64,000 nt of DNA from Eledone cirrhosa (Eukaryota): the NCBI GenBank assembly GCA_964016885.1, contig CAXHJY010001394.1:124001-188000 (forward strand), read 5' to 3'. The notes under the pieces were generated by a model. The model was given only the letters and a program-made list of their open reading frames with translations, had not been told where the DNA came from and did not search any database. The translations under genes and the position numbers were made by a program. Shown here piece by piece: positions 23,571 to 37,488 of this stretch; position 1 is the stretch's first letter; each line of letters opens with the position of its first letter.

Positions 23571-24239
23571 ATCACCACGTTGATGTAAAACTTGGTTTTT
23601 CACTTTGGGATAATACACGTATTTGCAACTTATTTATGTTTATTTACGTTGAGCGTAATCGATTTGTTTCCATATCTCCACGCGTTTTATTTCATAGTCA
23701 TAGTTATAAAATTAGAAAACTTTCTTTAAAAAAAACAAATTAACGCGGGTAACTACAAGATAACCTTGTTTTGTAATACTGGCAGACATTGAAGATTCTT
23801 TATGGATGGTTGATACTCAGCTGCCAGGAACACAGGATGTGGCAGAGGGTATAAGATTTGCCTGCTATTTCTAGCAACTTCAATGACCACATAATTGGTT
23901 TGTAATTTTGTTTTAAAGTGTAAGGGTTTACACAGCCATTTATGAATTTCTAAGAGATACGTTTACGATGAGATACACTTATTAAAAATACTTTCATTGC
24001 ATAGTTCCGTTTGTAAAGGCTTTAATTTACTGTACTACTCGGGAACCTTTTAATAACACACAGGATTAAGTCCATGTTTGTTCAACCAATTAATGGTATC
24101 TGCTGTAGTAGGGGTAACGATGGAAATATGGCGATGATTAACTCCACCCTGGGGTATAATGTAGAATTCATATTTTTCAACTTGCCCATACGTGTATTAT
24201 CCCAAAGTGAAAAACCAAGTTTTACATCAACGTGGTGAT
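23571..24239. mobile_element. Copy of 52-bp TIR element
   Basis: Same sequence as 8990-9658. Confidence 0.7.
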
Positions 24240-24491
24240 TTCAAAGTTTATTTATTTACACATGGTGGTGGGGGGGGATACGGAAATAAACGAAGGTTGA
24301 CGAATGACGTCACATTCTTCTACTTTCACTTCTGACAGCCAATTCCGTTGTAGTGCCATATATAAACATGATGGTCACGGCTGGAACAACTTTAATTATA
24401 GGTCTGCTCAATCATACTAACATGGGATTTAAATTGAGCAAAGTTGGAGTTGTCTCCCTTGGTACTTTACTACGCTACGTTTGTTTATATA

Positions 24492-27400
24492 TATCATCAT
24501 CATCATCTTCAACATTATCATTTAACGTTCATTGTTATCACACCTGCATGGGTTATACAGGTTGTCACGTTATGAGACATGTCAGGTGTGGAGACCAGGT
24601 CTCATATGGATGTGTATTTTGGTTTGGTTTCTAAGGCTGGATGCCCTTCTTAACACGAAACACGTTACAATGTGGACTGCACACTTTTGTATGACCACCT
24701 TACAGGATGAACTGGGTGTTTTTATTGTTGTAGCATCAACGAGGTGTGTGGGATATTTAGCAGGTGAGGGCAGGGCCTTATGAATAGGAAGGGGTGATGA
24801 GAAGATTGGTGAAGACTAGTGTGTTCTCTACATGTTTGTTTTATTTCATTTTCAGCACATGGGAGGGGGGGGGGGTCTTCTACATTACAGCATGACGCCA
24901 GAGATCTCGATCCTGTGACATTTCCATTGAGAGGTTTAATTGGGCAAGGCGAGCTTTTATTATTTCATCCCAAGCTTTCCTAGGTCTTCCCCTTTCATAG
25001 TTAACATCGACTTTGACAACCCTGCACCTTGTTATACAGCTGTCACCTTCCATATACATCACATGTCCAAACCACCACAATCTCCTCTCCTCTACACTGC
25101 ATCTGACCTCTCTTATACCTAGTTTCTCTCTCAGTTTATTAATGCTTGTTGTTCATGCACACTATTACACATCTATCAGATCCTGTAAACTTCATTTCTT
25201 TCCAGTCTTTATAGGTCCTCTGAATATATTGCCCTGGTCTCACTTCAATGTAACATTGCTGTTTGTACACAGACTTCATACAATCTGCCTTTCACTTTCA
25301 GGGGAAATCATTTTGTAGGCATCAGTAGTAGTAGCTCCCTAAACTGTTTCCATCCCATTCTCACTCAGGCTACTGTACCTTCAGAACACCCACCTCCACT
25401 GTTAATTTGGTTAATTAAGTTAACAGAAATTATGAACCGGTTTCTACAGAGCCTTCTGGACATTTAACCCTTTAGCATTTAAACCAGCCATACCTAGCCA
25501 GAATACTCTCACATCTTTCTGTTCAAACCAGCCATAACTGGCCACTCATACTGACGTTAAGGTATTGTTCTCAATATAAATAATATCAAAATCTCATAGA
25601 TTCGATATTATATGAGATAATTATGTAAGATAAAGCCTTTACCACAAAAATACAATAGTATATATAGAGTAATAAAAATGCTAAAGGGTAAAAGTAGCTT
25701 ATTATTTTGTGAGCTCTTGCTACTTATTGCTCTTGTGCATCAAGAACATACACAGCTTACATTTTGTTGCTAATCTCACTGAGATCCAACTACATCTCTT
25801 GTTTATCCATAGTTTGGAATTTCTACCTACTCCTTTCCTTTAGAATGATCAAGGCCATTTTCTTGTGGGGATCTAGGCCCTGTTTTCCTTTCTATTTTGC
25901 CAAGTTATCTTACATCACTTTCATTCTAGACCATGCTTCCAGGTTTGGAATTTCTCCTCTAATTTTACCACAGATTAAGTGACAAGGGTTCAATCATGTG
26001 CATACAGGAGTTCCCATGGACAGCCAGTAATATGTAATAGCCTGCAGGATGATAATAAACAGAAGAGGGTTAATTACAGAGCCCTGATAGAGGGTTAATA
26101 ACAGAGCCCTGATAGACTTGTTCACTCAACTCCTCACTATAGCCATCATTACTTTTAACCTTACTGACTGCTCCTCCATACATGGCTTTTACTGCTCTCA
26201 CAAGCCACTCATATACCCCTAGTTTTCTAAGTTATACACCAGATTATGGAAGGGGGAAGTCTCACAGAAGCTCTCTCTGGGTCAACAAATGCCAAGTAGA
26301 GGGGCTTATTTTAGCTAGGTACTACTCTTGCAGTTGCCACACAAGGAAGAGGACATCAGTGGTACTTTTACCTGGCACAAATCCAAACTTCATCTCATCT
26401 AGGTTAACTTGGTCCCTAATCAGCTGTGTTATAAATCTAACACCTTCATGAAGTGGTCCATCTAATATTTCTATAGTTTTCTAGCTCTAGTACATCTCCT
26501 TTGCCCTTGTAGCAGTTGATGATGATGATACTACACCATTTATTTGGTATGACACCATTTTGTATTACATGCTGTACGATACCAGTGGTTAAGATGTGAC
26601 CCACCACCCCAGATACTTTCAGTATCTCAGCAACTATCACCAATGGACAAGATACTTTCTCTGTCTTCATATCCTTAATTACCTTACTACACTACTGCTT
26701 ACTTGTATGGCTGGACCCTCTGTTGGGCCCACTTTCCGTAGACTATCTTCCTCCCATGCATTCTCCTCATTCAGTAATCTTTCATAAAGGCATTTCCATG
26801 TTACAAAGGTTGGCTGAAAAGTTCATAGACTATCAATGATAGCATGATGCTAGAGCTGTGAAATCTTGCCTGCATTAATTTCAACTCTTCTTATTAATAA
26901 CTGCATTGTTTCCTTCCAGGGACTATGTTGAAAAATAAACCTCATTTGGTCATTCCATGAGTGTATCTTGGTCTGCCTATGAACTTTTCAGCTGACCCTA
27001 TTCAGCATCAGTGAGCCCAAATGCCCCATTATCATCCTGGACACACTTTACCCCAACATCACAATTTGCCCTCACACACTGCCTCACAATCCTGAACATC
27101 TCATGTATTTCATCCTCACATCATAAAACCAACTGAAATTATATATTCTCTGCTTCCCTCCTTGCAAAGAATACTTCTTGCCTAGCTTCCTGTAGTGTAC
27201 CCTCCAGCTGCCTCCATTCTGCCATTATTCCATGCCTGTCTCTTGGCCTTAACTGTCTCATCTACCCTAGTGTTTCACCACCAAGATACTCTCCTCTCTG
27301 AAGCCCTGCTCCAGCCACAGATCTAGTTTGACACCTTCAGCAAAGGTTCTTTAAGGAACTCCCACTGTTCCCCTATATTGTATGTTTCTATTTGTTCTTC

Positions 27401-27686
27401 CTTACTGTTGTAAAGATCAAACAAAATATCTCTAAATTTGGAACTGGCTGAGGGGTCCTTTAACTTCCATATCCTTCTCCTCCAAGTTGCCCTCAGTCTT
27501 CAAGTTCATCTAAGTCTATGAAATCACTAACTACTGGGTTATGTTGGGAGGTGCATTCTTCCCCAGGGGGTGGGGATTGTGTGTTTACAAATGTCAATAT
27601 CTCATCTTCTGGTGAGGATAAAAATCTGACTGGCATGCTCCTCTGACCAATAGGTGTTGAAGTGGTTGTCGGGTAAACGTTAAGAC
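24492..27686 (-). mobile_element. Copy of decayed minus-strand RTE LINE
   Basis: Same ORF set as 9911-13105 (24880, 26446, 27493). Confidence 0.9.
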
Positions 27687-28034
27687 CCTCTGATATACAT
27701 ATATATATATATACTAGCAGTGGTACCCGGCGTTGCACGGGATAACGTATTTCGGAACGCGGGCCGCCATCTTCCACTTCAGCCGGTCGCCCTAAAGTGT
27801 TGGCTATTCAGTCTACTTGAGGCCAGTTGGTGAGGGGGGGTAAAGCTTTCAGTGTGCTACTACCCTCACGGTCAAATAGAAAGGGAGAGGAAGAAAAGTC
27901 AGCGTTAATATCGTGCTACACGTTTGAAAGGTTGGATGACCTTAGAGTTCACCAGGGTGGGGGGTTCTAAAAGTATCTATCTTGGTATTTTATCTTAGAA
28001 GTAATCATTACAGAGTGTACTGGGTGTATTTTAG

Positions 28035-28826
28035 TGGGCAGTAATTCCATAAAGAACACAGTATAATCTGTGGACACAAGCCTTGCAGTGTGATTACAGG
28101 CAGGTTAATGGGAAAGATAGATTATATATGTGACATGATGTACATGAGAAGTGAGGACACAGACCACACATGAAATAGATTCCTACAACTGTCAGGGAGG
28201 CTCCCTAGAATTACAGATGACATATTTCAATATCTCGGTGATCAAGTTAGCAGTGGAGGAAGAATCTCTAAAAGTGTAATACCCAGGATAAGGACAGGCT
28301 GGAAGAAGTTTAGAGTACTGTTCCATCTGTTGACAACAAAGGGCTTCTCTCTCAGAATGGAGGCTAGACTGCTTGATACTTATGTGTGGTCTGCAATCTA
28401 CACCCCAGCCATGCCCCTTCCACTACCACTCCTTAGCTATTTCTCTCCATTAATACTCCTCACATTTCAAGCAGTTTTCTCATCTCAATGAAAGAAAAAT
28501 ATTGGGCTCAAGAGAAGTCTTCAGTTATGCCATGGTGTGGCAACCTCCCTAGGGTTGGGCAGAGTGTAAATGAGAGTGAAATTAGGTATGAGAGGGATCA
28601 TATGCAGTATACAAGAGAGTAGATTACATTGGTATGGTCATGTGATGGGTATAAAGGATGACAGCTGTATAAAAATGTGCTGGGCAATCAAAGTTGATGG
28701 AAGTTATGAAGGCGGAAGACCCAGGATGACCTGGGATGAGGTGATAAAAGATGACTTTGCACAATTGCAACTCTCAAAGACAATGACACAGGATAGAGAT
28801 CTTGAGATGTATGCAGCAATACAGAA
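28035..28826 (+). mobile_element. Copy of RTE C-terminal fragment
   Basis: Identical ORF at 28570. Confidence 0.88.
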
Positions 28827-31800
28827 GGCCCTGTGCGTCGATCGTGGGCCGGCCGGATGTTGACGGATCGATGTGTAATTAGAAGTACATGTGCGGACAC
28901 TCATTGGCTGTGCGTGGTATGCATTTCAGCAAGATATCTCCGTAACATCAAGAGTTATGGCTGTGGAGGCACACCTAGTCAAACGTAAACAAGCTCTGGA
29001 GCGTATACGCTTCGCGATTTTGTTTACGTTTGACTAGGTGTGCCTCCACAGCCACAACTCTTGATGTTACGGAGATATCTTGCTGAAATGCATACCACGC
29101 ACAGCCAATGAGTGTCCGCACATGTACTTCTAATTACACATCGATCCGTCAACATCCGGCCGGCCCACGATCGACGCACAGGGCCGGATGGCCCGTTTGC
29201 AGTGAATTTTCACCGGAATCGATCTGTAATTACTGGTACATGTGCGGACACACATTTGCTGTGTGTGGTGTGATTTTCACGAAAAACTGCCCATGCTAAA
29301 TGAGGAAGCTGAAGTCCGCCGGCGAATGGTGTGCTTCGAAGAAAACTAATTCGAAAATGACCGTTTGCAGGCGGAGTAACCTTTTCGATCGTGGGCCAGC
29401 CGCCCGTGGTGGGATACATCTGTAATTACTGGTACATGTGCGGACACACATTTGCTGTGTGTGGTGTGATTTTCGAGAAAGACTGCCCATGCTAAATGAG
29501 GAAGCTGAAGTCCGCCGGCGAATGGTGTGCTTCGAAGAAAACTAATTCGAAAATGACTATTTGCCGGCGGAATCACCTTTTCGGTCCTGGTCCGGCCGGA
29601 TCTTGCCGGATCGATCGGAAATTTGTGGACCATGTTCGGAAGGCCATTGTGCATGTGTGGTGAAAAAAATTTGTGTCGAAATCTTCTCGGAAAATAACGG
29701 ATCGCCGGCGGAGATTGCCATTTCGATCGTGGGCCGGCCGGATCTTGTCGGATCGATTCGGACATATGTGCATCGTGTTCGCAAGGCCCTTGTCTATGTG
29801 TGGTGTGATTTTCATAAAGAAATTCCGAAAAACCCAGTTTTAAATCTGATTTCGCCAAAGAATTTTGGCTATCAGATCGGGTTGAAAGGTATGGTTTCAG
29901 GTCGATCTGAAAGTCTAAAATGGAATTCACTCGGTTAGCTAACTTTTGATATATCGGAGATATCTTTCTGAAAATCACACCACACACTCCCAATGAGTGT
30001 CTGCACATGTACCAGTAATTACAGATGGATCCCACCACGGGCGGCCGGCCCACGATCGAAAAGGTTACTCCGAAGCACACCATTCGCCGGCGGAATTCAT
30101 TTAGCATGGGCAGTTTTTCTCGAAAATCACACCACACACAGCCAATGAGTGTCCGCACATGTACCAGTAATTACAGATGGATCCCACCACGGGCGGCTGG
30201 CCCACGATCGAAAAGGTTACTCCGCCTGCAAACGGTCATTTTCGAATTAGTTTTCTTCGAAGCACACCATTCGCCGGCGGACTTCAGCTTCCTCATTTAG
30301 CATGGGCAGTTTTTCTCGAAAATCACACCACACACAGCAAATGTGTGTCCGCACATGTACCAGTAATTACAGATCGATTCCGGTGAAAATTCACTGAAAA
30401 CGGGCCATTCTGCCCTGTGCGTCGATCGTGGGCCGGCCGGATGTTGACGGATCGATGTGTAATTAGAAGTACATGTGCGGACACTCATTGGCTGTGCGTG
30501 GTATGCATTTCAGCAAGATATCTCCGTAACATCAAGAGTTATGGCTGTGGAGGCACACCTAGTCAAACGTAAACAAGCTCTGGAGCGTATACGCTTCGCG
30601 ATTTTGTTTACGTTTGACTAGGTGTGCCTCCACAGCCACAACTCTTGATGTTACGGAGATATCTTGCTGAAATGCATACCACGCACAGCCAATGAGTGTC
30701 CGCACATGTACTTCTAATTACACATCGATCCGTCAACATCCGGCCGGCCCACGATCGACGCACAGGGCCGGATGGCCCGTTTTCAGTGAATTTTCACCGG
30801 AATCGATCTGTAATTACTGGTACATGTGCGGACACACATTTGCTGTGTGTGGTGTGATTTTCACGAAAAACTGCCCATGCTAAATGAGGAAGCTGAAGTC
30901 CGCCGGCGAATGGTGTGCTTCGAAGAAAACTAATTCGAAAATGACCGTTTGCAGGCGGAGTAACCTTTTCGATCGTGGGCCAGCCGCCCGTGGTGGGATA
31001 CATCTGTAATTACTGGTACATGTGCGGACACACATTTGCTGTGTGTGGTGTGATTTTCGAGAAAGACTGCCCATGCTAAATGAGGAAGCTGAAGTCCGCC
31101 GGCGAATGGTGTGCTTCGAAGAAAACTAATTCGAAAATGACTATTTGCCGGCGGAATCACCTTTTCGGTCCTGGTCCGGCCGGATCTTGCCGGATCGATC
31201 GGAAATTTGTGGACCATGTTCGGAAGGCCATTGTGCATGTGTGGTGAAAAAAATTTGTGTCGAAATCTTCTCGGAAAATAACGGATCGCCGGCGGAGATT
31301 GCCATTTCGATCGTGGGCCGGCCGGATCTTGTCGGATCGATTCGGACATATGTGCATCGTGTTCGCAAGGCCCTTGTCTATGTGTGGTGTGATTTTCATA
31401 AAGAAATTCCGAAAAACCCAGTTTTAAATCTGATTTCGCCAAAGAATTTTGGCTATCAGATCGGGTTGAAAGGTATGGTTTCAGGTCGATCTGAAAGTCT
31501 AAAATGGAATTCACTCGGTTAGCTAACTTTTGATATATCGGAGATATCTTTCTGAAAATCACACCACACACTCCCAATGAGTGTCTGCACATGTACCAGT
31601 AATTACAGATGGATCCCACCACGGGCAGCCGGCCCACGATCGAAAAGGTTACTCCGAAGCACACCATTCGCCGGCGGAATTCATTTAGCATGGGCAGTTT
31701 TTCTCGAAAATCACACCACACACAGCCAATGAGTGTCCGCACATGTACCAGTAATTACAGATGGATCCCACCACGGGCGGCTGGCCCACGATCGAAAAGG

Positions 31801-33514
31801 TTACTCCGCCTGCAAACGGTCATTTTCGAATTAGTTTTCTTCGAAGCACACCATTCGCCGGCGGACTTCAGCTTCCTCATTTAGCATGGGCAGTTTTTCT
31901 CGAAAATCACACCACACACAGCAAATGTGTGTCCGCACATGTACCAGTAATTACAGATCGATTCCGGTGAAAATTCACTGAAAACGGGCCATTCTGCCCT
32001 GTGCGTCGATCGTGGGCCGGCCGGATGTTGACGGATCGATGTGTAATTAGAAGTACATGTGCGGACACTCATTGGCTGTGCGTGGTATGCATTTCAGCAA
32101 GATATCTCCGTAACATCAAGAGTTATGGCTGTGGAGGCACACCTAGTCAAACGTAAACAAGCTCTGGAGCGTATACGCTTCGCGATTTTGTTTACGTTTG
32201 ACTAGGTGTGCCTCCACAGCCACAACTCTTGATGTTACGGAGATATCTTGCTGAAATGCATACCACGCACAGCCAATGAGTGTCCGCACATGTACTTCTA
32301 ATTACACATCGATCCGTCAACATCCGGCCGGCCCACGATCGACGCACAGGGCCGGATGGCCCGTTTTCAGTGAATTTTCACCGGAATCGATCTGTAATTA
32401 CTGGTACATGTGCGGACACACATTTGCTGTGTGTGGTGTGATTTTCACGAAAAACTGCCCATGCTAAATGAGGAAGCTGAAGTCCGCCGGCGAATGGTGT
32501 GCTTCGAAGAAAACTAATTCGAAAATGACCGTTTGCAGGCGGAGTAACCTTTTCGATCGTGGGCCAGCCGCCCGTGGTGGGATACATCTGTAATTACTGG
32601 TACATGTGCGGACACACATTTGCTGTGTGTGGTGTGATTTTCGAGAAAGACTGCCCATGCTAAATGAGGAAGCTGAAGTCCGCCGGCGAATGGTGTGCTT
32701 CGAAGAAAACTAATTCGAAAATGACTATTTGCCGGCGGAATCACCTTTTCGGTCCTGGTCCGGCCGGATCTTGCCGGATCGATCGGAAATTTGTGGACCA
32801 TGTTCGGAAGGCCATTGTGCATGTGTGGTGAAAAAAATTTGTGTCGAAATCTTCTCGGAAAATAACGGATCGCCGGCGGAGATTGCCATTTCGATCGTGG
32901 GCCGGCCGGATCTTGTCGGATCGATTCGGACATATGTGCATCGTGTTCGCAAGGCCCTTGTCTATGTGTGGTGTGATTTTCATAAAGAAATTCCGAAAAA
33001 CCCAGTTTTAAATCTGATTTCGCCAAAGAATTTTGGCTATCAGATCGGGTTGAAAGGTATGGTTTCAGGTCGATCTGAAAGTCTAAAATGGAATTCACTC
33101 GGTTAGCTAACTATTGATATATCGGAGATATCTTTCTGAAAATCACACCACACACTCCCAATGAGTGTCTGCACATGTCCCAGTAATTACAGATGGATCC
33201 CACCACGGGCGGCCGGCCCACGATCGAAAAGGTTACTCCGAAGCACACCATTCGCCGGCGGAATTCATTTAGCATGGGCAGTTTTTCTCGAAAATCACAC
33301 CACACACAGCCAATCAGTGTCCGCACATGTACCAGTAATTACAGATGGATCCCACTACGGGCGGCTGGCCCACGATCGAAAAGGTTACTCCGCCTGCAAA
33401 CGGTCATTTTCGAATTCGTTTTCTTCGAAGCACACCATTCGCCGGCGGACTTCAGCTGCCTCATTTAGCATGGGCAGCTTTTCTCGAAAATCACACCACA
33501 CACAGCCAATGAGT
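28827..33514. repeat. Palindromic 1584-bp satellite block, unit 3 (about 3 copies)
   Basis: ORF starts 29108, 30692, 32276. Confidence 0.97.
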
Positions 33515-33589
33515 TTAAAATACTCACCGTTTGATTTGGAAAAACTTAAAATGCTCACATATATATGTGTATGTATTTATCTATGCATG

Positions 33590-33635
<46 letters not shown>

Positions 33636-35592
33636 TGTATTTATCTATGTATTTATCTATATGCATGGATATATATATATATATATATATTTATCTATGT
33701 ATTTATCTATATGCATGGATATATATATATATATATATATATATGTATTTATCTATGCATGTATGAATATATAAAATATATATATATATATATGTGTGTA
33801 TGTATTTATCTATGCATGTATGAATATATAAAATATATATATATATATATATGTATGTATTTATCTATGCATGTATATATATATAAATATATACATAAAT
33901 ATATATATATATATATGTATTTATCTATGCATGTGTGCATACATATATATATATATATATGTATTTATCTATACATGTATGTATATATATATATATACAT
34001 ATATAAGTATTTATCTATACATGTATGTATATATATATATACATATATATGTATTTATCTATACATGTATGTATATATATATATATATATATATGTATAT
34101 AAGTATTTATCTATACATGTATGTATATATAAAATATTGTCATGTTTACAAAAATATTTTTCTAATATCGTGTTTAATATTTTATATTGTCGTCTGCTTC
34201 TCTTCTCACGTGGTTACTAACTCTCTCACCCTCTCTCTCTTTCCCCTCTCATACAACCCCTTCTTTCTCTTTCTTTCCCCTCTCACACAACCTCTTCTTT
34301 CTCTCTCTTTTTGCCAGTCCCTTCTCTCACTCTCTCTCCCTCTTCCTTTTTTATCTCTTTCTTTCTGTCTCTGTTTCCCTCCTATAGACATTCTCTCTCT
34401 CTCTTTCTGCTCTCACTCAGCCTTCTCTCTCTTTCCCCTCTCACACAGTCTTCTCTCTCTCTCTTTCCCCTCTCACACAGCATTCTCTCTCTCTCTCTCT
34501 CTCTTTCCCCTCTCACACAGCATTCTCTCTCTCTCTCTCTCTTTATTTCCCCTCTCACACAGCCTTCTCTCTCTATCTATCTATCTCTCTCTCTGGAGAT
34601 TTTTTAACACAAAGTCACACAAGGATTAGAAAAATGGCGATAATCACTTTGAAAGTAACAATTATGCAATAAATAGTTGTTATTGCCACGTCTCGTATCC
34701 TCCTTTGGCAATGTGTAAAATGTTAGCGAGATCGAGTGAACAATACACAAGTTATAATACTTTACAGACGGGACTTATACAGTAGATGTAGCAAAATGCG
34801 TAGATTACGATTCTTGAGACGAGATTAAAATATACGATTATGGGATACTTTAAGAAGACGAGTAGATGTTTGAGTAGATTTAGCTGCTTTTTCTAGCATT
34901 TTTAGTTATACTTTGAAGCAAATTTTTTTTGTTACTATTATATTAAAAGTTATCTGGTTACGTTATTTGACTGGTATTTCTAGCATTTTACAAGGACCAC
35001 GTGTGTGTTTTATTTGAGGAAGATCTAGTTGTTATTTCTGATATTTTCTTCATCAAGTTAGTTGCTATTTCCTGCATCCTCTTGAAGACAAGGAATAATA
35101 ATGAATTAGCTGCTGTTTCTAGTAGGTTCTATGGTAGTGGTGAGCGTGGGAGGGAGGTTTGACTGCTATTTTTAGCAGGTTCTAAGGCATTGAGGTTTAT
35201 GTTTTACGAGAGATTTGGCTGTTATTTCTAACATGTTATAATGGAGAGAGAGAGAGAGAGTATAAGATATACAGAGAGAGGGAGTATAAGATATAGAGAG
35301 AGGGGAAACGGCCGATGTTTACGTTGAGAAAACCTAATAAAATGTTATAAATGGGTTTATAAAGAATAGAATGAGATAAACAAGACAAAGTTAGATAAAA
35401 TAAATCAGCTGTAAGGATATTATACGATATATTTATAATATTTTAATATATTTTTCCTGGTCGTCTGCTGCCATTGATAGAGAGAGGAGTGGTGGGAGGT
35501 AGCCATAACAACCGTGGTAGCAGCACTGAGGTTTGTTTTTAAAGAAGTGAATACAAGAAAAACAAGCAACTAAGAATATTAATCTCTTAAAC

Positions 35593-36418
35593 CCTTCAAG
35601 ATGTGTATGACAAGAAAGAAGACGTTTTAGAGTCGTATGACATAGATGATAACTGGAAATTCTTACGTGACAACTTACTGCAGGCTACTGAAGAAACTTG
35701 TGGCTGGAGCAGAGCTCCGACCAGACAGAGAGTGACCTGGTGGTGGGACAACACGGTAGATAAGGCCATTAGAGACAAAAGACTAGCATGGAACACTTGA
35801 AAAAATGGTGGGAGTAGAGACCGATACACAGCTGCTAAGAGAGAAGCTAGACGTCAGATGTACTTAGCACGCACGGAGGCTGAGAGTAGGAGGTTTGCCA
35901 ATGTTCTGTGATGGGAAGATCAGAGGCGTGCGGTGTTCCACATTGCAAGGCATGGTGTCAGTGTAAATCAGGATGTTGTTGGAGATAAGTGTATCCGGAA
36001 TGATGCCAGTGTACTTGGTGTCACGAATGATCAAAAAAAGGAGGCCTGGAAATATCATTATGAGAGGCTGATGAATTGTGGAGAATGAATGGGAGAGAGG
36101 GAAACTATCCCCAGTAGACCCAACAGAGGGACCAGCTATTGAGATTGGGGAATATAGGGTACAAGAGGCAATTAAGGAAATGAAGAATGGCAAGGCTACT
36201 GGACTCTAGGGGATAGTTGCTCAGATGCTGAAGGCATCAGAAGTAGGCACTAAACTGGTTACACACATCATCAATCAAGCTATATATGGTAGTGTCATAC
36301 CCAAAGAATGGTGCAGCAGTATTCTCATAAATTGGTACAAAGGTAAAGGGGATGCTCTGGAGAGGAGCAATTATATGGGCACTTCAATATTTAATGATAC
36401 AGGTGATAAAACAACAAC
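35593..36418 (+). mobile_element. Copy of RTE linker/RT N-terminal fragment
   Basis: Identical ORFs at 35603 and 36225. Confidence 0.9.
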
Positions 36419-36567
36419 TATAAGGTAAATAAGTCACCTTATGTTATTTACAAACATTAACGTCCACCTTAATATGAAATAATCACCATAAAAGAGGAAG
36501 CGAGGGCATCGGCTACCGGCACCCGGGCTGCTCTCTCATCCTGAGTGGGATCTTCCAGCGTTGATGC

Positions 36568-37236
36568 ATCACCACGTTGATGTAAAACTTGGTTTTTCAC
36601 TTTGGGATAATACACGTATTTGCAACTTATTTATGTTTATTTACGTTGAGCGTAATCGATTTGTTTCCATATCTCCACGCGTTTTATTTCATAGTCATAG
36701 TTATAAAATTAGAAAACTTTCTTTAAAAAAAACAAATTAACGCGGGTAACTACAAGATAACCTTGTTTTGTAATACTGGCAGACATTGAAGATTCTTTAT
36801 GGATGGTTGATACTCAGCTGCCAGGAACACAGGATGTGGCAGAGGGTATAAGATTTGCCTGCTATTTCTAGCAACTTCAATGACCACATAATTGGTTTGT
36901 AATTTTGTTTTAAAGTGTAAGGGTTTACACAGCCATTTATGAATTTCTAAGAGATACGTTTACGATGAGATACACTTATTAAAAATACTTTCATTGCATA
37001 GTTCCGTTTGTAAAGGCTTTAATTTACTGTACTACTCGGGAACCTTTTAATAACACACAGGATTAAGTCCATGTTTGTTCAACCAATTAATGGTATCTGC
37101 TGTAGTAGGGGTAACGATGGAAATATGGCGATGATTAACTCCACCCTGGGGTATAATGTAGAATTCATATTTTTCAACTTGCCCATACGTGTATTATCCC
37201 AAAGTGAAAAACCAAGTTTTACATCAACGTGGTGAT
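36568..37236. mobile_element. Copy of 52-bp TIR element
   Basis: Same sequence as 8990-9658. Confidence 0.7.
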
Positions 37237-37488
37237 TTCAAAGTTTATTTATTTACACATGGTGGTGGGGGGGGATACGGAAATAAACGAAGGTTGACGA
37301 ATGACGTCACATTCTTCTACTTTCACTTCTGACAGCCAATTCCGTTGTAGTGCCATATATAAACATGATGGTCACGGCTGGAACAACTTTAATTATAGGT
37401 CTGCTCAATCATACTAACATGGGATTTAAATTGAGCAAAGTTGGAGTTGTCTCCCTTGGTACTTTACTACGCTACGTTTGTTTATATA